NCBI RefSeq assembly: GCF_006345805.1
Contig: NC_042998.1
Coordinates: 120,776,001 to 120,840,000 of the forward strand
DNA from: Octopus sinensis
Lineage: Eukaryota
Direction of reading: 5' to 3'
Length of the DNA: 64,000 nucleotides
Positions 12,301-24,300 of the stretch are shown here, piece by piece; the first letter of the stretch is position 1; every line of letters starts with the position of its first letter. A program made the position numbers and the translations under genes. The notes below the pieces were generated by a model, which was not told where the DNA came from, searched no databases, and saw nothing but the letters and a program-made list of their open reading frames with translations.

Positions 12301-15300
12301 CCGAACACTAACGATAGCAGCTGCTAGCCCCAAACCCTTAGCGTCGTCCTCGCACGTCTTGTCACCAGCACGACCCACGTTGGAAAGGTCGATTTCCGCT
12401 CTCTGCGCACGCTTGACAGCTGACCCCTTCCGCTTGCCCCAGCTTCCGGTCAACGCACCCCGCTGCTGACGTCCGGCTGCTGACGTCATCCCACACGCCA
12501 CCCTGATCTTAAAGATCACAATCTCTCCGCTCCATGTTGTAGTCTACCATCCAACTGGGAGAGCGCCTTACTCGTCGAGATCTTCTCAAGCTGGGCTCCT
12601 CATTCTCCCCCTCTCCCGAATCATCGTCCGTCGAAGCAACAATCCTGCGAAGGTCCAAGACATATCGTGGTGTGCCATCTACGGATACGTTGCTTCTGGA
12701 ATTGATCGCCGTCACCGTTCCTCTGCTCCATTAAGACGTACAGTGCGCCTTTGGTGGCTTGACCCAGACTTCCTCCCCTATTTTCACGCGAACGGGTCCC
12801 TTCTCTTCCTCGTGACCCTTCGGCGCTTTGCTCGGGTGCCTCCATTCATATTTGAACACAGCTCTCTGCGGCACAGATTCCTCAGCTTGTCCGGATCGGG
12901 GAGACAAGTTGTACCAAAAAACTGCTTCAAGCGGCGAAATGTGCCCTCTTTCCGCTATGGCCTTGACTGTCCGATGGTGCCTCTCCACGATCCCGTTACC
13001 GCCCGGCCTATACGCTGCTCTGAACAAGCGTCGCACGTTCCACCGATCAAGCATAACCCTCAATGCTTCCGAACGAAACGCCGCCCCGTTGTCCATCAGT
13101 AGTTCTTCCACGGGACCTCTCTCTAAAAATATCCCGTTCAGGATCTGCACGATCTCGTCAGCAATGCCCGATCTCAACTCCCTCCAAATGGCCAGCCGGC
13201 CTGGACCACAGTCGACCATGGAGAGGTACATTCGCTGGCGGTAGTGTGTCACATCCACAGCTAGCCTTTTCCAGTTCTGCTCCACGGAAAGGCTTCCCTG
13301 TTCATGCCCACACGGAGCAGGGTCGATGGACTGACACCTGTCGCAGCTCCTGACCACCTTCCGGACGCTTCTCCTGGTGACGTCAGCATCAATTTTTTTT
13401 GCCAGATACAGGGTCCTGTCCACACCCAGGTGATGCATAGCGTGCAGTTTCTACAGTTCAGAGTCATCCAACCGACACGCTGCAGCTATCCCTTTCCGGG
13501 CCTCCTCCGGTTCTTCCAACCACGCCCTTTTCACCCTGGTCAGTACGTCCGCCTTGTTTTTCTCCGAAGGCACGAAAACCACGTTCAGCTTCAGTCCGAA
13601 TTCGGCGATCAATTCACCTAGAACTCCTAGACGGCGCTTCACTAACATCTCCGCAGCACCTTTCGTCCGCAATCTCCTGTCACCGGTAATCACCGATCCT
13701 ACCCAGCCAAGCACAGTGGCCGAATCCGTCCGCATTTCAATCGTGCACAGCCCCCATTTCAAGGCCAAGTTCACCCCTTTCAGCAGCGCATCTAATTCGG
13801 CGACATTGATGTGGTTGAAATCATCTGCTTTCCGAAGCCAGGCCGCGTCCTCCACCGCAGTGCCTTCGATTGTCAACACCACCCCTATCGCTATACTGTT
13901 AGCATCACACCAGACGGTCCCGCATTTCGTCTTGGGCACGTACCAGTTCCCCCTGACCGGGTCTTCCGCTCTTGTCCTCTCTAGGATCTCCTGTATCATT
14001 GCCACCGTCCCTTCTCCCACCTTGTCGCCCCACCTCTCTCCTTCTGCTCGTCTCTTGGTGTAGCTACAGGCCGTGCGCAGCCATCCAGCGATCGGGTAGT
14101 GACCGACCAACTTCCCACACACTGAGAACAGCTCTCTCCTGCTGACGCTGGAACTCAGCTCTGGGATTTCATTTCCTCTCCGGAACACCAATTCACCTGA
14201 TCTATCTCTTCGCAGCTTGAGCCCCAGCGCGGCTCCCCCTTCAATCGACTCCGGTGGCTTAGCAATCAGTCCGAACTTCTCCAGATGTCTAACTACCTCG
14301 TCGGCTGGCACTACAGTTTCGTCCACCAAAATGTCGTCAATGTAGGAGCTGGTGGCCTTTCTAATCTTGCCGTCTTTCCCTAGGACGGACCTAAGCACTG
14401 CCGCCATGATCTTCGGAGCGGAATTCAGCCCGAAACCCAGCCTGGTTAGACAGTACGTCCGGCCCTTGTACCGCACCAGCTGATATCGCCATAGTTTGTC
14501 GCTCACATGGAGCTGCAAGTATGCCGATCTCAAGTCGACAATCGTCGCTGCCTCAGTCGACTGTCTCCACTTACGTAATACCTCACCACAAAGGTCTGTC
14601 GCCTCACCTCCCGTGTGACACGATATTTGCTGGTTTAGCTCCCTGAAGTCCAGCACCGGTCTGACTTTTCCCTTTGTAGGCTGCACCACCGCCATCAGGG
14701 GTAGCACTCCGCCGCTACCTCCTCCTTCCAAGGGACAAGGACCCCTTCCTCGATCCACCTCTCCACCTCGTCTTCAAACTCAACCCTGGCGTGGCCTTTC
14801 AGGGTATGCTGGTAACAGCTCACCCTGTTCTCCAGTGTCAGGGGCTCGTCCTTCCATTTCCACTCTATCGTCCACCGCTGACCATCGAACGCCACCTGAA
14901 AGTCTTTGTCCTCGATGGTGTAAGCGGGGCAGTCCCTCGCGGGGCTCTGCTCCCTCTGGCGATCCTGACTCGCAGTGCACGACGCCCCCACGCTTCCGAA
15001 CGTGACCTCATTTCCCACAACACTGACGCCACCGAGGCAGTTGATGGCGTCCATCCCCATCACCACATCAACTCCATTTATCACGCGTTCAGCCACAATT
15101 GCCTGTAGCCTTAGCATCGTGCCGCGCACCACTATCCCTAGCTTGCTGCTGCCTCTGCAACGGATTTTGCTGCCGTCGACCGCCCAGACACTACACACCC
15201 CGTTCCATTCCTTCGTCACCCTCGAAGTCACCAGGGTGGTCGTACAGCCCGTATCCACAAGGGCCTTGAACGTCTCCCCCTCGGCCTCCACGTCGATCAA

Positions 15301-18300
15301 TGGCAGCGTCTCCAATAGCGCCTCTACTCGTTTGAGGGGAAAGTTCGAGAGGCAGCAACTTCCCCGCGGTCGTTTCCCTGGCCGCAATCACGGGCAATGT
15401 GCCCTGTCTGCCTGCATCGATAGCAAACGGGACCCGGCTGCGTACAGTCCCGCGCCATGTGCGGTCCCTGGCATCTAAAACACCGTCCTGAGAACGGCCG
15501 CTCTCGTTGCACGGTGAGCTTCTGCACCTCTTTCTCGGGACGTCGTCCGTCTTTACGCGTCACCGTCACCGCCATCGCTATCGCCTTCCGCCCAGAGTGT
15601 CTCGTCAACGTGCGAGCATGAGCTACAAGTTCGCTCAATGGCATCTTTTTGACCCCGGGCAGTCGTTGTAGGTGAATCCCTACATCGTCGGGGAACCCAT
15701 TCACGAACGCCAGTCGGGCTGCTCTCTCCAGTCCTTCTCTGGCAAACCTGGCCAGAGTCGCTAGCCTTCTAGCTTCCGATGCAAAATCATCCACCTGGCC
15801 TCCCGTCCACCTGATTGCACCTAGTTTAGCGAAAGCTGTGTACTCGCATTCCGTGTATGCGTCACACAAGCGCCACTCTATATTCTCATCGCAGAGCCGT
15901 TCCTCTTCATCCATCTCTAGGTAAAGCGACAACGTACTCCCTTCCAAATACAGCACCATAAGACTCGCCACGTCGCTTATGCCCTGCAGTCTCGCCACCA
16001 GCCTGATATTCCGAATCCAGGCCACTACATCGCCTTCGCCGTTAAAAGGTCTGACGACGTCACTGGCGATCCTAATTTTTGCAGACATCGTGTTGAAAAA
16101 AAATGAGAACGTTTACGAACTGCCGAAATAGCTTGTAGTGAGTGTGCGATTTGAATATAGAGGCACCTACCTTCTCTTCGTGGTGACGGAGATCCTCCAG
16201 AGATGACTGGTCCTTCCTCACCCTACCCGAACACTAACGATAGCAGCTGCTAGCCCCAAACCCTTAGCGTCGTCCTCGCACGTCTTGTCACCAGCACGCT
16301 TGACAGCTGACCCCTTCCGCTTGCCCCAGCTTCTGGTCAACACACCCCGCTGCTGACGTCATCCCACAAATACCTGACTGAAAATGTTACATATTGGCTG
16401 AAATTGTTTTTTTTTTTTGTTTTGTATGTGTGTGCTTTTTCAAATGAAGTTTAACATCCACAGCTATTATACAGTTGCTCATTTTAATACAGTAGTATCT
16501 ACATTTTTTTTTCTGAACATGCACTACATTTTTCACATGCCACTTCAGATTTGGCTTTATATTATTGTTGTAAGCTTAGAAGTATATTAAACTACTTGTG
16601 AAGCCTCTTCCAACATTTAATATTTTTAATCTGAATTTTGGTTTAACCACTTATATTGGGTCATCCCATAAATAATGCAGTTATCTTATACTTTTATTTT
16701 TCAAATTAAGATAAACAAAATTTTTTAAATCTAAAATATACTCTTCATTTTCTACAATGCTCTTTCATCTATCTGGTAGATTTGCAAGGCTCCTAGTACT
16801 GTTCTGACCTCAACTACTGAATTCATATTTTTTTTCTGTCCATGATAGAAAAAACTGCTCCAGCCAATAAATTTATATATATAATTGAAGAAATTATGCA
16901 AACAAACAGTTGTATACTCAAGTATTTGTATTTCTGGAGAACTACATTGTTGAAACAATTGTAGTGAATAATAAATAAATGTCCAACCATACTCCTTCTT
17001 GACACTAATTTCTTCAGTTTTATATTGACAAACAACGAAGGCCCAAATTTAAACTTGGAAGTAGATAATAATGCTGCCAATAGTACTGGGTAATTCTGAA
17101 GGTGACTGAGCTTTATACTGTATTCTACTACATTCCTAATGGAATATAACCAATATATATATATCTTCAGCACACCATTGTAATCCTTACTTTTTCCTCT
17201 CATCTTTTCCATTTTTCAGTGGTAGGTATTTGTTTCCCAGTTTGGTTCATGGTTTTTGCATACATTTAGTGGACTCCACTCTGTTGCAAATATTGGGCCA
17301 GATTTCTAATCTGAGAAAGTTACTGAGGTTTTGAAAAGGACCATGGTTGCTTCCCCTTTCGAAGCCATTTACTTTTTCCCCTTCTCAGATCTCTCAATTT
17401 GTTGCTTGGTTTAACATTCCAATCTGATGGGAGGTCTGGCTTTAGCAGAGTCCACTCTAACCATCTGAACCTAGTCTCTGGTTTCTTTCTCCCTATCTTC
17501 ACTCTTAGAGGCTATGGTAGCTGTCCTTCCTTTTTTGGCTATATCCTAACCAATCATTTTTTTAGCCCCCTAATCCCACCTGCCAGTAGACCTATTATCA
17601 AAGGTGTCCCAATCATGGCTCTTATGCCTGTTTGTGTGTCAACCTATACATGATCCACTGTTTCCTTATTTAAATGGAAAAGGGATTTTAGGAAGATTTG
17701 GCTATTTATTGTAGATCAAGCAAAGGCTTATCTTTGTAGTCATATTGCTGACGTTAAAGTGAATCTCACAGTCCAGCTGTAGACCTCTCCATCCAACATC
17801 ATATGTTGTTGTTATGGCATCAATGATTCTCCTATATTTCAGATTCAAAATTGACACTATTCTCTATTTTATCTGATATTGATCTGTGTTGTAAAGCGGT
17901 CTTTTGCCACAGTTGTCACTCTGACAGATATTGTTATATTCTGAAGTCATCGATAGAATGGTTCTGTCTGGCACTGTATGACCCTCAGTCATACAGTGTT
18001 GTTATCCTCAAAAGGTTGGATCGTTATAACGTCCACTCAGTATCACAGTATAATTACTATATCACCACAGACACCACTATCAGCACAGTCTTGTAATCTC
18101 GACCTTCTGACCTTCTGTTGACTGGTCTATTTATAATGGCTGTTTACTACCACTTTTTACTGGGAGGAGTGTACAGTTTCACTATACAACAATCTGAATG
18201 AACTGTGTGTAGTATCATATCCTTTTGGACAATTCTAAGAGACACTGCAGAATGCAAGCAGGGTTGTGTGTTTAAGAAGTTTACTTCACCATCACATGGT

Positions 18301-21300
18301 TTTAGCTTTGATTCTATTTGTAGCAAGTGTCATATGTAACAGTTACAGATCAACCCAAAACTTGTGAAATTTGTTAGGCAGAGACTAAGGATGTTTGTCC
18401 AATGTTTGGCAAGCGATACAGAAGTACTGTTCTCCTTATCATTTAATGTCTGCCTTCCATGCTGGTGTGGGTGGGACACTGTATTAAAGCAAAATATCAC
18501 CTTCATTACAGTATTTTATTCAATCTTGGTTAATTTCCTGAGATGTAGAACAAATCTTATACTTGACACTGAGCCAAGTAAAGAACCTCTACATGGTCAC
18601 CCAACCAATTAGAAATTGCAGTCAAATTCCCCTTTTAAATCCTGCATCACTGTTCTAGAAAATGAAGCACAAACTAGATAATGTAATCTTTGTTATAGGT
18701 CTAAAATAAGTTGGCATAGTCACAGCTAGACTTTTCGATCATGGACCAATTTGTTTAGAGCTTTGGTACTAAACAAAATCCAAAAAAAAGAACTCCTCTA
18801 ACTCCTTTACCAACAAGCTATTACCACTGACTCAGATATATTACTACTATAATATTTTTTACTTATCTAAACTACCAATTTTTGCCCCAGCAGTCACTCA
18901 ATCCAAATTCATGCATTCCTTTTGTGGCGTAGACTTAAGTGAAATTCCTCTCTCCTATTTATTATATACTAGCAGTATCGCCCGGCGTTGCTTGGGTTTG
19001 TAAGGGAAATAACTATATAAGCATTTTTAGAGATGTAAAGTATAATAGCCATCTCAATATGGCTAACCACAAAGGGGGGTGTTACTGTAGCTTTTTACGT
19101 TCTGAGATTTAATAATAAATTTTTAGAGAGTTACTTCCCTTATATATGCCAAAAATGCATTAAAAATGGGAAAAATTGATGATAAATTTTTTTTTAAATC
19201 GTAGACTCATTGTAGACGCACGCTAATACCCAGAAGGGCTCGATATGAATCACGACTATAAGATACCCGGTTTTGGTTAAACTGCACTGCAAAATGTGGG
19301 AGTAGTTAGGAATCTAAATCGTAGGAGATGGACAGCACACAACCTCTCTTTTATATATAAAGATATGTGCATTTGAACGTAGCAGGGGACAGCTAGCATT
19401 TGGCCACTATTTGGATCACATTGTGCCCACTACTCTGATTGGTTGGTATCGATGCAATTTGTCTCCTGCTCAACTGTGCCAACTTGCTGCATATAACCAG
19501 TCAGAGGACCTAAATAGGATCACGTCGGGGTCACCAATTTGTAATGGATGATGTGTTGTGAGGTGAGGGGAATGGCTCTTTTGTACCACATCACACTGCC
19601 TTTATAATAAAGAGGAATTGAATAGAACAAATAAATGCCAGCTGGAAAGAGACAACTGTAAAAGAATGATTAAGAGAACAGTTATTGATATGTGAACATG
19701 TGTGTCTGTGTTTGCATCATGTATTCAGAATAAATTGACAGGCCATCATGAGAACAAGATGTGTGTGTGTGTAAGCATAGATGTATGCACATCTTAAGAA
19801 CATTTAAGGATGGCAATGAAGAAGACAGTGAAAGTGTCTATAGCCATCAAAGTGAGAAGATTTACCAGTTCATAGTTAATAGTACACAGTAGTTGAAATA
19901 CTGTATCAAGAAGTCGTGGCCATGTTGCTGAGCCGGTTGCAGGTACATGTCGTACGTGAAGTTGTGGTTGTGATACTGCTGCCTGAGTCACTTGATCTAT
20001 AGTGAAATAATTTGTGAACAGTGAACTGTTGGAACCTGGGTGAATTGCTTGCTGAGCTGTGTACGTAGAGATGATGTTGATGACGTTAAGAACATGATGG
20101 TGGCAACGAAGTAGGTTGCCACAATGCTGTTGGACAAAGTTGGTAAATCTCAATGTAGCTGCTATAGTAGTGGTGGTGTTGTCGCTGGAGTTGACTGTGT
20201 TTTTGTGGTCAGTGGCCAGACCTTAAAAGGTCTGGAACTAAAGACCTTGGTACAAGGAAAGGCTGAGTTTTTATAAGGAGCTGTAGGCTAAAACAGGATA
20301 TAGTGTAGCATGAGCTAGTTGTTTGAGACAGATGCTGACGAGTTAAGGTTAGCATTGTGAAAATTCAAACATCAACTTCCATCCAAGTCTGAGGTGCATC
20401 CAAAACTGATAGTTCAGTTGGTTGCTGTGAAGACATTGAACTGTCGACTACATATATTGCAGCTGCTCCTTCTATCACTTTTAATAGAGATGGAAGTTTA
20501 ACGTGGTACTATTTTAGTCATTATGACTATTAAGCCAAAGTTGTTTTAACCACTCCAAGGCAATTTGCCTCTTCTCCACTTGACATTCGTCTTTGTTTAT
20601 TTTAATTTATGAAGTTTATATTATTGTTGCCCTGTTTGCTGAAATTGACATCTACATTTGTCTCACATTGTATTGTGGAATTGATATCTGCTCCAATTTG
20701 AAAAACCTGTAAATCTTAGTAAGTGCAACTGAATTTATTCATGTCATATGCATGTTATTCTTCCAGGCTGTACATCTACAACCTGATGTTTTGCACACAC
20801 CTCATTTTCTCCTGTAATATATTTTTGACCAGTGTTGTTTGGAAACTGTAATAGAAATTGCATCTTATTTGAACACTGATACCAGTCATATTGCCTTCTA
20901 ATATTTATCGTTGCTTTTATGTAAAACTGCCACTTACATTTCTGTATAAACTTTCATTGTCCTGCTTATCCTTCACCTCTTATCACATCACTCCATTGTA
21001 CCATGGACTGCGTACTTTGCTAAATCATTCCTTCATCAGAAGAAAAAGCCTAGACCACCCTCTTTGCTTAGATTTTATTTTACAGATATGAAATTAACAT
21101 TGAACATCATCTGTATAATCAATCTTTCTAAAGCCCACGAATGCTGTCTCTCCTTGATTAAGTAGTAGTGATAGTAGTAATATTTCTTATATGGGTACAA
21201 GGTCAGAGATAATTTGAAGAAATGGTTAGTTGATTAAATTGTATTTGACTGGCACTTTAGTTTACACTCTGGAAAAAAATGAAAGGTGAAGATCACATCA

Positions 21301-24300
21301 ACAGAACTCTGAGCATAGTTAGGATACAAAGCATCCCCCACTTCCCTGGCAATCTCACCTTTTTCCCCTAACATTGACTCTGCCAATCCACTACTTTAAT
21401 TCATGATACTTCAAATGCTATTCCCTTTAGGAACAAAACAAAACTAAGAGGCTGAATGAGCTCTCTGAAGTTTTTTTTCTTCAAAAATGATTGCATGTGT
21501 ATAGCTGTAATAATGGCAGTTACTTTCTTTAGTCATGTTTTTAGGATTGACTATTTCAATGATTGTTTCCTAATTGCGTTTTTTTTTAATTTTTATTTTT
21601 CATAATTTAGCTGCATAACAGAGCGAAGTTCAAAACCAGAATCCAATGGTGTTTCTGTTGAAAATGGTGGCGTGCCAATTTCCAACTCAGATGAATTTAA
21701 TTATGAAGGTAATGTTATTTTATATACACACCAATATATTATAATGTATTATATCTACACACCAGGATTATACTGTTGAATATGTATATGTCTCAGCATG
21801 GAACATGAATATTAATGATGATGATATCAATATTATTGACACATTTGAAAGTTTTATTATATATACACATATAAAATATCCAAACTGTTTTATGCATGCA
21901 TGTGCAAACACATTTAGACAGTTTAACAATGTCTTAAATGTATTGCTTAATATATCAAGTGTGCTTTGTGTATGCATGTGATTTCTGTTTTCACTTAAAC
22001 CTTTAAAGATAACACCATATGACATGGTTGATGAATGTAAATGCTTTTTGACTTCCTTGTATACATTAAACATTTTCTCTAACCTGTATAATTTTCTTCC
22101 AAGAGAAACCTGACTCGTTTACTGCATGTTGAAAAATGTTCTTTTGTTGTTGTACATTTTCATAAATTTGTTAGATATTTAGGTTCCAAAGCTCAAAATG
22201 CTGTGGAACTGAATGAAAATTAATGGCACACAAACATATATTTAAATTTTAATGTCTGTAGCATAAATTATAGCAACCTATTCAAAAGCATTATCAAATG
22301 AATGTTAATTATGGGTATTAAATGAATTTAACTTTTCATTATAATGTAAAGTCATACTTTGTATCTAAAAATCCAAGTTTAATGTTACTGGTTATTGTAG
22401 TCACTTTTTATTGTAAGTTATGAGGTCTGTAGCACTGTAGAGTTATCAGAATAAGTGAGTCACATTGCTAATTACATTATTAAATACGTTTCATGTTACA
22501 CCCAGTAGCATAGTGGATAAGAGCTTCACTGGCATTAGTTTAGAAATATAATTGACTGTGTAGTAATGAAGCTAATTCATTCCAGAAACTCGTACATTAC
22601 CACAAAAATTGCATCAAGCAAAATATGTATTTAATGACAACTTATTCCAAAATCGCAACCAAGATGGAAAGTCTGCATCCTATGCATCCCTTTAATTATT
22701 AGCAAAATAGATGCATTATTTATTTTTTGTTTGTTATAAAAACAATAAATAGTAACAATATCCTAACAATTAAATGCAAAATATTTGCACTTTTTTTTTT
22801 TTTTTTTGCATCACTAGCAGTATTGGTATTAGAGGTATCCTTCTCAAACTGTTCATAAAGACTTAGTATTTCTCAATGTTTCATTCTTTAAATCCCCAAC
22901 TAACTGTTTCTCTGATCCACTTTTAGTGAAAAACATTTCATCTCATTACTATGCATGACGCAAGTATTATTAAGCCTACATGTACCTTTGGTGACTTTTG
23001 AGTGGTCAAACACTTTTGAGATCATCCTTTTCAAAACTGGTACAGACTGTAGAATTGGACAGTTCATACTCAGCACTAAAATCATTAAAATTGATGTTCT
23101 CTCTCTTAGAAATGAATTTTGTTTCCATAGTATGTTCTTTTGTACAGACCTTACTTTTGGCATAGTGAACATTTTTATTAAAAAATTGACATTAGGAAAA
23201 AATTTTGCTGTTCTACTCCAAATGAAATAATAAACCAGGATGATACTGCAAAATCATGAGTACACCTGTAATCGGCTTAAACAGTAAATTTTCATATGTA
23301 GGGTTTGTGTATTTTCTTTAGTGGCAGCTTCTTTGCCACTAAAGAAAATCAAATCTGATCCTCACCATCTTTACATAGGTGCAGTAGTGGCTGTGTGGTA
23401 AGTAGCTTGCTTACCAACCACATGGTTCCGGGTTCAGACCCACTGCGTTGCACCTTGGAGAAGTGTCTTCTACTATAGCCTCGGGCTGACCAAAGCCTTG
23501 TGAGTGGATTTGGTAGACGGAAACTAAAAGAAGCCCGTTGTATATATGTGTGTTTGTATGTCTGTGTTTGTCCCCCCGACATTGCTTGACAACCAATGCT
23601 GGTGTGTTTACGTCCCCGTAACTTAGCGGTTCAGCAAGAGAGACCAATAGAATAAGTACTAGGCTTACAAAGAATGTCCTGGGGGGTCGATTTGCTTGAC
23701 TAAAGGCGGTGCTCCAGCATGGCTGCAGTCAAATGACTGAAACAACTAAAAGAGTAGAAAGAGTATCCAAGGCTATGGATACTGCTCTGATATAAAGTAT
23801 CTCAGAGCTGACCTTTCCATGTCTCCCTTTGCTTTGGGTACATTTTAGTGTCAGCAGACAGTCTTATGTTGCCAATTCACATCACATTTCCACATCATCA
23901 GCTGATGATGTCTCTATTTACCAACCATACTGTCCCCTCCAGTATATTTTGCATCTTGTAGGTAACATTACCCATCCAACTCGTTATATTCCCCTAATTT
24001 CTCCACACCTCCTACATTCAATATCCATGTTTCACACAAACCAACACATATAGATTATTTGAAATAGTGAAAAGCCTTTTTAAACTAGGCAGTTAGAAGT
24101 TTGATTCTGAAACTGTTGAGTGTCCTCACTTGATTTGCTCTCATGAGATATGAGAAATTAGTTGATAATGCAATATTTCTTAAATTTAAGTCAAATATAT
24201 TTATGCAATTTACACTAAATTGCAATGTTTCCTGTGACACAAGAGGATTTCTTTTTGTCATTTTCTTCACCTTTTACAATTTTTTTTTTTTGTTGTTGAT

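Larger units (their letters stand above)
12208..16368 (-). mobile_element. Near-full-length LTR retrotransposon with Gypsy-like domain order (gag-PR-RT-RH-IN), atypical lineage, antisense in ACSBG intron 1
   Basis: Two TGT...ACA LTRs (12208-12495, 16134-16368) and the full domain set. Flanks AATTC/AATAC may be a 5-bp TSD with one mismatch. Much higher GC/CpG than the surroundings. Confidence 0.96.

Noticed and set aside
12743-15478. Several 100-170 aa ORFs on the + strand or alternative frames within the retrotransposon
   Set aside because: Shadow ORFs expected in GC-rich coding sequence; no recognisable motifs
16122-16133. tRNA-Phe gene, or Tf1-like self-priming site
   Set aside because: Only 12 nt match and no cloverleaf follows; I found no complement of the site within the LTR beyond 4 nt
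12203-16373. Perfect target-site duplication for the LTR element
   Set aside because: Flanks AATTC/AATAC differ at one position; TSD length (5 bp or none) cannot be asserted from one copy
19794-20430. 119-aa minus-strand ORF, possible gag remnant
   Set aside because: Too degenerate; no motif I can defend
23378-23450. tRNA gene (also 7773-7838)
   Set aside because: A/B boxes are present but there is no proper cloverleaf; these are heads of repeated elements
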